Shown: positions 1 through 8,640 of the stretch, in pieces | Layout: every line of letters begins with the position of its first letter | Numbering within the stretch: position 1 is the first letter of the stretch | Source: Acidilobaceae archaeon | GTDB taxonomy: Archaea > Thermoproteota > Thermoprotei_A > Sulfolobales > Acidilobaceae | DNA length: 46,678 bases | Direction of reading: 5' to 3' | NCBI GenBank assembly: GCA_038824665.1 | Contig: JAWBBK010000004.1 | Coordinates: 1-46,678 of the forward strand | Made by a program: the position numbers and the translations under genes | The notes under the pieces: generated by a model | Seen by the model: the letters and a program-made list of their open reading frames with translations, nothing else | What the model was told of the DNA's origin: nothing | Database searches by the model: none

Positions 1-1
1 C

Positions 2-70
2 GAGAAGAGCGATATTAAGGCGCTTCTAGAACTTGGAGTTCTTCCTAAAGAGCTATTAGAGGTGGTTTAA
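2..70 (+). CDS. eif1a: 3' end of probable translation initiation factor aIF-1A (partial)
   Basis: Frame from base 2 reads EKSDIKALLELGVLPKELLEVV*. It lies just upstream of RIO1 and the KH protein, the conserved archaeal aIF1A-RIO1-KH order. The call rests mostly on synteny. Confidence 0.6.
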   Translation, partial: EKSDIKALLELGVLPKELLEVV

Positions 71-75
71 ATTTA

Positions 76-876
76 GTGATGAGTGATGAGTTCAAGCTAA
101 AGCCTAAAGCCAGAAGGCTATGGAGAGAGAGAGAAGAACTCGAGAAAAGGAAAGACGAAGACGCGTTTAAGATCGTTGAAGAAGTCTTCGACTCAACTAC
201 TCTAGGCTTTGTGTATAGACTCGAGAGAAGAGGAGTCTTAGCTAACCTTAAAGGAGTCGTCAGCGCAGGCAAAGAAGCTAGAGTTCATTGGGGCGTTTCT
301 AAAAGCGGAGAAGACTTGGCTGTGAAGATATACCTAATCGAGACCAGCGATTTCAAGAAAAGCATTAAAAAATATATAGTTGGAGATCCGCGTTTCGAGA
401 ACGTGCCTGAATCCAACATCAGAAAGCTTATCTACGCTTGGGCTCGAAAGGAGTTCAAAAACTTAAAAAGACTTGAAGAAGAAGGAGTTAGAGCTCCTCG
501 AGCTATAGACGTTGAAGGAAACGTTTTGGTTATGACTTTCATAGGTGAGAAAGGAGTTAGAGCTCCTCTGCTCGCTGAAGCCATAGGAGAGCTTGATGTA
601 GAAGACGTTATAGACCTTTGGAAACAGCTTGTAGACCAAGTGAGATTGATGGTTTGTAAAGCTAAGCTTGTACACGCAGACTTAAGCGAATACAACGTTA
701 TGGTATGGAGAGGAGAGACTTGGATAATAGACGTGGCTCAAGCTGTAGAGATAAGCCATCCGCTCGCTAGAGAGCTTCTAGAGAGAGATTTGAAGAATCT
801 CTATAGGTTCTTCTCTGAACACGTAGAGGTAGAGGAACGAGAGCTAAGAGAGGCTGTTCTAACATGTCTGAACTAA
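76..876 (+). CDS. rio1: RIO1-family Ser/Thr kinase
   Basis: VSAGKEARV, AVKIY, GDPRF, WARKEFKNL, LVHADLSEYNV, IIDVAQAV motifs. Confidence 0.95.
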   Translation: MMSDEFKLKPKARRLWREREELEKRKDEDAFKIVEEVFDSTTLGFVYRLERRGVLANLKGVVSAGKEARVHWGVSKSGEDLAVKIYLIETSDFKKSIKKYIVGDPRFENVPESNIRKLIYAWARKEFKNLKRLEEEGVRAPRAIDVEGNVLVMTFIGEKGVRAPLLAEAIGELDVEDVIDLWKQLVDQVRLMVCKAKLVHADLSEYNVMVWRGETWIIDVAQAVEISHPLARELLERDLKNLYRFFSEHVEVEERELREAVLTCLN

Positions 877-1454
877 ACACATCTCGTCCGAGACCTAGAA
901 GATATGTGAAGATCCCTCCTGAAAGGTTAGGAGCGGTTATAGGAGAACACGGCTCTGTGATCAAGAAGATCATGTCTAAACTAGGAGTAGCTATATCTAT
1001 CGACACTGAGAACTCCGTAGCTGTGATAGAAGGAGAGACTCCTGAAGTAAGCGCAGATAAAGTCATGAAAGCTGAAGAAATAGTAAAGGCTATAGCTTAT
1101 GGGTTTCCTTCAGAAAAAGCCATGACGTTATTGAACGACGACTATGTGCTAGTGGTTGTTGACTTAAAAGAGAAAGTAGGAGATAAACCAAACCATCTCA
1201 GAAGAGTAAAAGGTAGGATAATAGGAGAAGGCGGGAGAGCTCGGAAAACCATAGAGGAGATGACTGGAACCTATATACACGTAGGCGAAGACTACGTAGC
1301 TATAATAGGCGAATACGAGCGAGCTATGGTAGCTAGAGAGGCTGTAGAAATGCTAGCTGAAGGTAGAATGCACAGTACTGTATATAGACACATAGACGTT
1401 CTGATGAGAGAAGTCAAGAGAAGAGAGCGCTTTAAGATATGGGAAGAGGTTTAA
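864..1454 (+). CDS. KH-domain pre-rRNA processing protein (Dim2/Pno1-like)
   Basis: Two KH GxxG loops (IGEHG, IIGEGG), AIAYGF, GRMHSTVY; follows RIO1. Confidence 0.92.
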   Translation: MSELNTSRPRPRRYVKIPPERLGAVIGEHGSVIKKIMSKLGVAISIDTENSVAVIEGETPEVSADKVMKAEEIVKAIAYGFPSEKAMTLLNDDYVLVVVDLKEKVGDKPNHLRRVKGRIIGEGGRARKTIEEMTGTYIHVGEDYVAIIGEYERAMVAREAVEMLAEGRMHSTVYRHIDVLMREVKRRERFKIWEEV

Positions 1455-1526
1455 GCTGAGAGCATACACACAAAATTAGAGGGCAGTGATAGAGCCTGCG
1501 ACGAGACGAGCCGAGGAGGCTATGAG

Positions 1527-1946
1527 ATGGAAGAGCCGAAAGAGCCCCTTCGTGAAGATTGTAGAGTAAGAGTTATCGGAGGAGGGTTAGCTCTAGACCT
1601 AGCGCTTGATGAGATGAGGAAAGCCATATATGAGTACAATTCTAAGATCAGAGAGTCAGGCTACTATCTGAAGCCTGTTCACAAAACCTACAAAACCCTA
1701 AGAGAGGGAGTTAGAAGAGTCTACGAATATTACGGAATCTACTGGTGGCGTCTCATCAAAACGAAAAGAGGTCTCAGGTATTTCTATGTGGGAAAACACA
1801 AACCTCCTGGTTTACCTGAACCTCCGCGACTGCCTGTAGAAGGGCTTTCTTTAGCTAGAGATGGGAGAGATGTGATAATAGAGTGTAGAGTTTACGATAA
1901 GTTCAAAGACTTCTTCAGAGGGTTCCAGACAGTTAGAGAGGTCTAA
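1527..1946 (+). CDS. Hypothetical basic/aromatic-rich protein, possible nucleic-acid binder
   Basis: 139-aa ORF with GGAGG SD just upstream; YYLKPVH...YEYYGIYWW...YFYVGK. Confidence 0.75.
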   Translation: MEEPKEPLREDCRVRVIGGGLALDLALDEMRKAIYEYNSKIRESGYYLKPVHKTYKTLREGVRRVYEYYGIYWWRLIKTKRGLRYFYVGKHKPPGLPEPPRLPVEGLSLARDGRDVIIECRVYDKFKDFFRGFQTVREV

Positions 1947-2775
1947 GCAAGCTCAAAATGACTTGTTCTCCTATGCTTACTCCAAGCTTTTTACAAGCGC
2001 TTCCCTGATTGACCGCTACTTCTACAAAGCCTGAGCTGTTCTCGTAAACCACAAGATGACCTGGAGCTACGTCAGAAAAGGTTCTACCTACTTCTGCTCT
2101 GAAAGCTCCTACCTTTGTAATCAAGTAAAGCTCGTTGTAGTTGTAGAGCCCTATGGTTTGAGGTCTAGCGCTCAAAACTACGTTGCCAAAGTTATCTGCA
2201 TAGATGACTGTAAGCTGAAGAGCGTTCTCTCCTGTCCTCACTACTTTTTCTAAAACTAGGGACTCTAGGTCATCTTCAGTTATCTCTTCTCCTAACTCGC
2301 TTAAGTCAACACCATTGTATATCAAGGCTGCAGCAGGTCCCATAACGTCTCTACCGTGAAATGTCTTCGAAGACTTCCATTCGCTCTCTCTAAGTTTTCC
2401 TCGAAAGTTCTGTCGAGCTAAAGCTGAGACCTTATCGATATCTAAAGAGACTCCTCTCTTAAACCCCTCTTGCTTGATGGATGGATAAAGTATTCCGTTG
2501 TCTGGACCTATAAAAACGTAATCTCCTGCTTCTACAGCAACCATACGTCTCGGACCTCCCACAAGAGGGTCTACTATGCCTACTATTATCGAACCTAGCG
2601 GAAGCCACCTATAGCTCGAGAACACCACATAGGCTCCTGAGACTACTTTAAAGGATGGAACTGAGTGGTCTATGTCTATAACTTCAGCTGATGGAGCTAT
2701 GCTTTTGATTACGGCTTTCAGTTGTCCAGCGTACAAACTATAGCCGTAGTCTGTGATGATCCCTATAGCTTTCAT
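1933..2775 (-). CDS. SAM hydroxide adenosyltransferase (DUF62; chlorinase/fluorinase superfamily)
   Basis: ITDYG, VDPxVGxxRR, GPDNG, TFHGRD, DNFGN, NSSGFVEVAVNQG. The Asp/Arg/His triad typical of the hydrolases is present. Confidence 0.93.
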   Translation of the reverse strand: MKAIGIITDYGYSLYAGQLKAVIKSIAPSAEVIDIDHSVPSFKVVSGAYVVFSSYRWLPLGSIIVGIVDPLVGGPRRMVAVEAGDYVFIGPDNGILYPSIKQEGFKRGVSLDIDKVSALARQNFRGKLRESEWKSSKTFHGRDVMGPAAALIYNGVDLSELGEEITEDDLESLVLEKVVRTGENALQLTVIYADNFGNVVLSARPQTIGLYNYNELYLITKVGAFRAEVGRTFSDVAPGHLVVYENSSGFVEVAVNQGSACKKLGVSIGEQVILSLLRPL

Positions 2776-2834
2776 CTCAGCCCCTAGCGGAGATTCTAAA
2801 AGGAAATCTTATAGAGAATAAGGTTGTCGAGGAG

Positions 2835-2894
2835 CTCCTCAGACCCGTTCTTCCTCACGTCTTAAATCGGTACAATCGAGCGTCAGTCATTGCC
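2835..2894 (-). ncRNA. Candidate box C/D guide sRNA
   Basis: Minus strand reads ggca-ATGACTGA(C-like)-cgctcgattgta-CCGA(D')-tttaagac-GTGAGGA(C')-agaacgggt-CTGA(D). Intergenic, with a TTTAAG TATA-like element upstream. Confidence 0.6.
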
Positions 2895-2926
2895 TTTTAT
2901 ATAGCTAAGCTCCAAAGCTTAAAGAG

Positions 2927-3787
2927 CTACGTCTCAAAATAAGGAGGTTTAAGCTGAGGCCTCTTTTTGAGTAACAACCCTACTGCGCAAAGAACCGCTA
3001 TAGTAGCCAGATAGGGAGAAACGTCAGCGACCCAGCCGGGAACTCCGAGGGCTCCGAGATAAGGACGTGAAGCTTTCAGAGAGCCTATCAAGTAAGACGC
3101 TAGAACAGCTCCTATCGGGTTCCAGTAGCCTAATATCACACACCCTAAAGCGATCCACCCTAATCCCATAGTCATGCCGGTCCAGTACTTGCCTCCGAAA
3201 AGAGCTAAAGATATGTAAGCACCTGCTAGACCGGCTAGAAGTCCCTCGATAGTTGCAGCTACAGCTCTCACTTCGTTAACTCTTAGGCCTCGCTCTCTAG
3301 CTATAGCTGGATTAGCCCCTATAGCTCTGATTTCAACTCCTATCCAAGTCTTAGTCAAGACCAAGAAAGCTATGACAGCTACGACTAAAGGTAGGACTTG
3401 AAGCGATAGACGTATGAGAGAACCAGACTCTATAGGACGCCCTATAGGCTTATCCGGTATTATAGCTATCAGGTCAGCTAGCCCTAATCCGAGAAAGCCT
3501 ATAAGAAGCCCTATAGCGAACTGATTGAATTTTAGGTAAGTAGTTAGAGCTGTGTAAAGAGCTGAAAAAAGCGCTCCTGCGAGAGCTGCTGAAAACAAAC
3601 CGATAAACTGATTGTCTGAATAAGCTGTAGCTACTACAGCTACAGAAGCTCCTAAAGCCAGAAATCCTTCAAGTCCTAAGTTCGCTCTCCCCGTTCTTTG
3701 AAGCACAGTTTCTCCAACTGCAAGGATAGCTAACGGTGTGAACATATCTACAGTGAGTTGAGCTATACTGATAAGAGCTTCAAACAA
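2927..3787 (-). CDS. Nucleoside-type ABC transporter permease
   Basis: NLGLEG, IRAIGANP, GLGWIALG motifs of the BPD_transp_2 class; hydrophobic. Confidence 0.9.
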   Translation of the reverse strand: MFEALISIAQLTVDMFTPLAILAVGETVLQRTGRANLGLEGFLALGASVAVVATAYSDNQFIGLFSAALAGALFSALYTALTTYLKFNQFAIGLLIGFLGLGLADLIAIIPDKPIGRPIESGSLIRLSLQVLPLVVAVIAFLVLTKTWIGVEIRAIGANPAIARERGLRVNEVRAVAATIEGLLAGLAGAYISLALFGGKYWTGMTMGLGWIALGCVILGYWNPIGAVLASYLIGSLKASRPYLGALGVPGWVADVSPYLATIAVLCAVGLLLKKRPQLKPPYFET

Positions 3788-4817
3788 GCGCTTTCACCTC
3801 TTTATTTAACGACCTCATCGCATAAGCTCCTGCGAGAGCTGAAACCACAATTATGGTTTGAGACCCTAGAACAAAGCCTTCAGGAACCCCTTCGACCATC
3901 ATAGCGTAAGCCCAAAGTCTTATATATGAAAGAAGAAGCGATGAAGCTAAAGCGATAGGAGGGCTAAAGCCTGAAAGCCAAGCTGAGAGAACGCCAGAAT
4001 AGCCAAAGCCTATCGGCAACTTTGCGCTAAGAAAGTGTTGAAAAGAAAGAGCAGCTAGAGCTCCTCCTAGACCAGCTAGAGCTCCTGCCAAGACTCCTAA
4101 CTTTAAGAAGAGCTTAGCTTCGTTCACTCCATAGGTGAGAGCGGTTCTACGAGAAGAGCCGAAGACTTTAACGATGAGACCTAAGCTAGTTCTTGACTCA
4201 ATGAACCAGACCAGAGCCAAAGCTGAGATCAAGAAGACTAGAACCGATAGCTCACACAATCTGAAGTGGTCGGGAATAGACTTAGTTATCACGTGAGCTC
4301 CTATTCTCAGATGAGTGCTCACTATCTCGCTGACCAAGATCGTAACGGTTAAGTTCACCATAAGAGCGACTAAGATCTCGTTTGCTCCAAAATAGGCTCT
4401 CAGAAGAGCGGGTATCGTACCTAAAGTAGCTCCCGCAAACGCAGATGCTAAAATCGCTATAGCTATGCCTAAAAGAGGACTCAAATCAGAAACCACGTAA
4501 GCTAAAAGCCATATCGTTATTAGCATACCGATTAGTATCTGTCCTTCAGCGGCTATCGTTATAAACCTAGCTCTAAAACAAAGAGTCAACCCTAAAGCAG
4601 CCAGCCCCACAGGACCCCATAAAGACAAGAGGTATCGAACGCTACTCATGTTGATCTGTAGACTATATGGGTCGAATAAGACGCTGATAGCTTTAAGCAA
4701 GACCGTAGAAGGACTTCCGCTTACAACCATAGCTAAAAACACAGCTATAGCGTATCCTACCAGTAGTCCTAACAGAGCTCCTCTTAGTTCTTTAGCTTGG
4801 TTCACACGGTCCACCAC
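3780..4817 (-). CDS. Nucleoside-type ABC transporter permease
   Basis: IAAEGQILIG, GANEILVALMVN, GFGYSG motifs. Confidence 0.9.
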   Translation of the reverse strand: MVDRVNQAKELRGALLGLLVGYAIAVFLAMVVSGSPSTVLLKAISVLFDPYSLQINMSSVRYLLSLWGPVGLAALGLTLCFRARFITIAAEGQILIGMLITIWLLAYVVSDLSPLLGIAIAILASAFAGATLGTIPALLRAYFGANEILVALMVNLTVTILVSEIVSTHLRIGAHVITKSIPDHFRLCELSVLVFLISALALVWFIESRTSLGLIVKVFGSSRRTALTYGVNEAKLFLKLGVLAGALAGLGGALAALSFQHFLSAKLPIGFGYSGVLSAWLSGFSPPIALASSLLLSYIRLWAYAMMVEGVPEGFVLGSQTIIVVSALAGAYAMRSLNKEVKALV

Positions 4818-4823
4818 GACCTT

Positions 4824-6335
4824 CTAAGCAACCATAGCTTTAGCTATAGCTTCTAAATCGAAAGGTCTTGAAAAGCTTCCTGTCACAACACCTCTGCTCA
4901 TCACCACTATCTTGTCAGAGACCTCTAGAAGCTCTTCTAAGTCTTCAGAAATGACTAGAAGCGCCGACCCTCTAGCGGTTGTATTGATCAGAAGCTTTCT
5001 TACCTGAAGAGTTGAAGAGTAATCAAGACCTGTTGTAGGGTTCATCGCTATCACGAGCTTGGGGGCTAAGCTGAGTTCTCTGCCTACTATAAGTCTCTGC
5101 ATATTGCCTCCGCTGAGAGTCTCTACAGGCTCTTCAATACTTCTAGCCTCTATCCTCATTGACTCTACGACTTTTTTGGATAGAGACTTGACTTCAGCAT
5201 AGTTCACTACGAAACCGAGCTTAGAGGAGCCTAGCAGAGATAGAGCTACATTGAGGTATATAGGTAAGCCTTCAGCTAAAGCCCAGCCTAGTCTCTCTTC
5301 TGGTATGACCGAGACTCCTAGCTTTAGCCTCTCTTCTGGAGGAAGTCTCGTCACGTCTTTTCCGAAAATCAATATTCGCCCTCTCTCTGAAGCTCTTAAG
5401 CCTACGAGAGCTTCGAAGAACTCTCTCTGACCGTTTCCAGCTACTCCTGCGATTCCAACGATCTCGCCCTCTCTCACGCTTACGCTTACTCCTTTCACAG
5501 CCAGGTGACCTCTATCGTCTCTTACCCAAAGGTCTTGGACTAGCAAAGCCTCAGAGCCGAACCTTCTGCTATCGGAAAGGCATAGCGAAGTCGTTTCTTG
5601 TGGTTTCTCTCCGAACATCATTTTGATCAAGAGGTCTACGCTAGCCTCTCTTTTATCGAGCACTCTTATGACTTCTCCTTTCCTCATCACTTGAATCTTA
5701 TCGGCTACTCGCAGAGCTTCCTTTATCTTATGCGTAATGAACACTATAGCTCTTCCTTCTTCAGCTAGCTCTCTAATCATCTTCATGAATCTCTCAGCTT
5801 CTAAAGGAGTAAGATGACTTGTGGTTTCGTCGAAAGCTATAGCCTTAGACCCTATTATCAGAGCCTTGACCAGCTCCACCTTATGTTTTTCTCCTACAGA
5901 AAGCGACCACACAGGTCTCTCAGGATCTAGCCCCAACCCGTAGCGCTCACTGACTTCGAGTATTTTGTTCTTAACCCACTTAAGCGAAACGTTAAACCCT
6001 GCTTCTCGTACAGCAAGCCCTACGTCTTCAGCAACCGTTAAGTCATCGAAGACTAGAGGATGTTGTGTAACTAAGAAGAATCCCGCTTTTAGAGAGTCTG
6101 CAGGACTTCCTAGCTTAATATTATAGCCTTCTATCACAACCTTCCCGCTAACGGGTTTGACCATACCGGCAACTACTTTAACTAAAGTTGTTTTACCGGC
6201 TCCGTTTTCGCCTAGAAGAGCTACAACTTCTCCTCTTTTCACTTTAAGATAAGCGTTTTTGTTAGCTACCACGCCTCCAGGATAGATTACGGTAACGTTT
6301 TCAACGTCAAGTAAAAAAGAAGAGGGAGAGAACAA
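4824..6335 (-). CDS. ABC transporter ATPase, tandem-domain CUT2 type
   Basis: GENGAGKT, LSVGE, FITHK, GVAGNGQ, LSGGNMQ, ISEDLEE. Confidence 0.95.
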   Translation of the reverse strand: MFSPSSFLLDVENVTVIYPGGVVANKNAYLKVKRGEVVALLGENGAGKTTLVKVVAGMVKPVSGKVVIEGYNIKLGSPADSLKAGFFLVTQHPLVFDDLTVAEDVGLAVREAGFNVSLKWVKNKILEVSERYGLGLDPERPVWSLSVGEKHKVELVKALIIGSKAIAFDETTSHLTPLEAERFMKMIRELAEEGRAIVFITHKIKEALRVADKIQVMRKGEVIRVLDKREASVDLLIKMMFGEKPQETTSLCLSDSRRFGSEALLVQDLWVRDDRGHLAVKGVSVSVREGEIVGIAGVAGNGQREFFEALVGLRASERGRILIFGKDVTRLPPEERLKLGVSVIPEERLGWALAEGLPIYLNVALSLLGSSKLGFVVNYAEVKSLSKKVVESMRIEARSIEEPVETLSGGNMQRLIVGRELSLAPKLVIAMNPTTGLDYSSTLQVRKLLINTTARGSALLVISEDLEELLEVSDKIVVMSRGVVTGSFSRPFDLEAIAKAMVA

Positions 6336-6360
6336 GGTTTTATCCTCATGAAGTTTTGCT

Positions 6361-7683
6361 CTAGACTCTCTCTATCCTCCAATAGAACCAGTTCATGTAC
6401 CAGAGGTCGTCTCTAGTAGCTCTCTTGCCCTTGGGTATTTTGAGAGTAGGACTCTCCTGTGGATCTCCTTCTTCGTTTATTCTATATCCATAGATTCCGT
6501 CTCTTCCATCGAGAAGCTCTCCTAGCTCGCCTGAGAACGGCTCAAATATCAGCTCCTTCATCTCCTCATAAAGCCTCTTGATCTCTGTCACTACTGTTGG
6601 AGGTATGACATCCGTATTGAGTTCAGCTAAGTAAACAGCGCCTTCAGGCTTTCCGGCTCTAGACTCTTCAAGTCTTCTAGCCCACCTGAAGGGAGAGAAG
6701 TCTCCTAGTCTGGCCCACACGTCTTCACTTTCAAAACTGCCAGCGTAGAGCTTAGTTAAAAGATAGGCCACTATAGGAGTCCAATCAGCTATTTGACCCG
6801 TTAAATGAGATTTATATCTTATCCCTTTCTTAAGATAATAAGAATACATATCGCTGTAGTGACTAAAGCTATAGACCTTTCTACCTCTGCCCCAGTACTC
6901 CTCAGCCTTATCGAGAACTGCTGTAGTATCTTCAGTATAGGCTACAACGTCTACGTTTAAGCTCTCAACCAAATATGCTGTGTCCGCTTTAGCTTTATCG
7001 GGAGCAACCCAGCTCTTTAAAGGTCTAGTCACATATATCTTTAAGTCTCTACCTCCACCGCACTTACCCGTCAGCTTAGCTCCATACACTGCACCAAGAG
7101 CAAATGCGTTTATGTGTCTCACTACCTCGGGTATCAGAAAAGCTGGAACATAACCTACCCTACAGGTCTCAGTTACAGCTCCTCCAGCTACTCCGTTCAA
7201 AAAGTAGAGCTGATAGAATTCAGCAAAGTATGTAGCCACGTTTTTAAGACCTTTAGCAGCGAACTCTTCGTATTCACCGCTACAGTGATAGAATTTGACG
7301 TCTGGATACTTTCTGGCTAACTCCATAATGGCTCCTTTAAAACCATAGCTTGTAGCGAAAACAGCATCGTAGTCGCCTGCTCGCAACTCAGAGTCTATAA
7401 CGCTGAGAGCCTCAGCTTCGCCGACGTTAGGTATGTGTTTGGCTTCGAGCCAGTTGAACATTTTAGCTACGTTCTCTTTTGCTTCATGATGAGCAGCTGT
7501 CCAGCCGAGATCAGTTATAGGACCCACGTAGACCCAAAGGGCTCTGATCTTTCTTTCTGCTGGAAGAACAGCTTCAGCAGCTCTCCTGCCTAGAACGTAA
7601 CCTCCTCCGAGACCTAGCGCTAGCCCTGCAAGTCCTGCTCCAGCTACCTTTAGGAAGTCTCTCCTGTTTATAGTTTGAGTCAC
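6361..7683 (-). CDS. BMP-family (purine nucleoside) substrate-binding protein with Tat signal
   Basis: NRRDFLK twin-arginine plus hydrophobic segment; YVGPITDLGW, ATSYGF, IPEVVRHINAFALG. Confidence 0.92.
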   Translation of the reverse strand: MTQTINRRDFLKVAGAGLAGLALGLGGGYVLGRRAAEAVLPAERKIRALWVYVGPITDLGWTAAHHEAKENVAKMFNWLEAKHIPNVGEAEALSVIDSELRAGDYDAVFATSYGFKGAIMELARKYPDVKFYHCSGEYEEFAAKGLKNVATYFAEFYQLYFLNGVAGGAVTETCRVGYVPAFLIPEVVRHINAFALGAVYGAKLTGKCGGGRDLKIYVTRPLKSWVAPDKAKADTAYLVESLNVDVVAYTEDTTAVLDKAEEYWGRGRKVYSFSHYSDMYSYYLKKGIRYKSHLTGQIADWTPIVAYLLTKLYAGSFESEDVWARLGDFSPFRWARRLEESRAGKPEGAVYLAELNTDVIPPTVVTEIKRLYEEMKELIFEPFSGELGELLDGRDGIYGYRINEEGDPQESPTLKIPKGKRATRDDLWYMNWFYWRIERV

Positions 7684-7780
7684 TAAAGATCACCTTTCAG
7701 GTTTTTAGTACGTGCTCTATCTCTTTAAGCTATTTGTACTTGACTTAACCTATCGTGAGTTTACTAGTTTGATTCAAAGA

Positions 7781-8506
7781 CTAGGCTTTACCTATGACCG
7801 CTAGAGCCTCTAGTCTATCTACCGAGACTCTTTTCTTCCATTCGTCACCTATGACCACTAAAGCGGCTACTCCTACGATCTTAGCTCCTGCTTTCTCGAT
7901 CATCTTCTTCATGACGGCTAAAGTTATTCCGCTTTGAACTGTGTCGTCGACTACGAGCACTCTATCGTCTCTCTTTATGCTACCTTTAGGTATGTAGAAT
8001 ATACACTTAACTGATGGAGGTTCTACAAGGTGCTCCTCTATGTAGTCTACGAGAGGGTTCTCTTTGTTTCTCCTTGCTACTACGAAAGGAACTTCAAACA
8101 CAGACGATAAAGAAGTAGCTAAAGATATTCCTGCAGCTTCTGGAACAAGTATCTTCGTAACTTCTTCATCTTTAAATCTCTCGTAGAACTCTATAGATAT
8201 TATCTTGAGGACAAAGGGATCGCTTAGGACAGGAGTTAAATCTATAAGCCCTCTGTACTCTCCGGCTCTGTTCAACACTAATTTGGCGGGATCTAAGACC
8301 TCTCTAACGCTTTTGATCAACTCTAAAGACTGTTCGTAGCTCGGTATAGTTATTCCGCTTGCATATCTTGCTAGAAGGGTTTCGTCGAAGCCCATCATTC
8401 TAGCCAACTGTCTGTACGAAAAAGGTAGAAGACGTCTTACAGCTCTAACGGCTTCTACAGCTAACATCCGCGTCTTCAGCTTTTCTACCTTGTTTAATGT
8501 CTTCAT
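7781..8506 (-). CDS. HTH plus phosphoribosyltransferase-domain regulator (PurR-like)
   Basis: N-terminal HTH (SYRQLARMMGFDETLLARYASG); PRPP loop VLVVDDTVQSGIT. Confidence 0.85.
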   Translation of the reverse strand: MKTLNKVEKLKTRMLAVEAVRAVRRLLPFSYRQLARMMGFDETLLARYASGITIPSYEQSLELIKSVREVLDPAKLVLNRAGEYRGLIDLTPVLSDPFVLKIISIEFYERFKDEEVTKILVPEAAGISLATSLSSVFEVPFVVARRNKENPLVDYIEEHLVEPPSVKCIFYIPKGSIKRDDRVLVVDDTVQSGITLAVMKKMIEKAGAKIVGVAALVVIGDEWKKRVSVDRLEALAVIGKA

Positions 8507-8640
8507 CTAGCGCTCCTCCAAGCTTAGACTCGTCGAAAAACAATATATATGCGTTATAGTCGCCATACTGTGAGACCTGAAGTCAACCGGATAACTTAAG
8601 TATTTCGGAGTTGCTTAAGGCTGTAGTCCGGAGGAGAGCT

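Noticed and set aside
482-568. 18-nt repeat aaggagttagagctcctc in rio1
   Set aside because: Encodes GVRAP twice with preferred codons; not an array
1933-2775. Fluorinase or chlorinase activity
   Set aside because: Asp/Arg/His triad and TFHGRD indicate the hydrolase subfamily
8536-8549. AAAAACAATATATA shared with 46537-46550 (reverse strand)
   Set aside because: AT-rich promoter sequence, opposite in orientation relative to the nearest genes; likely chance
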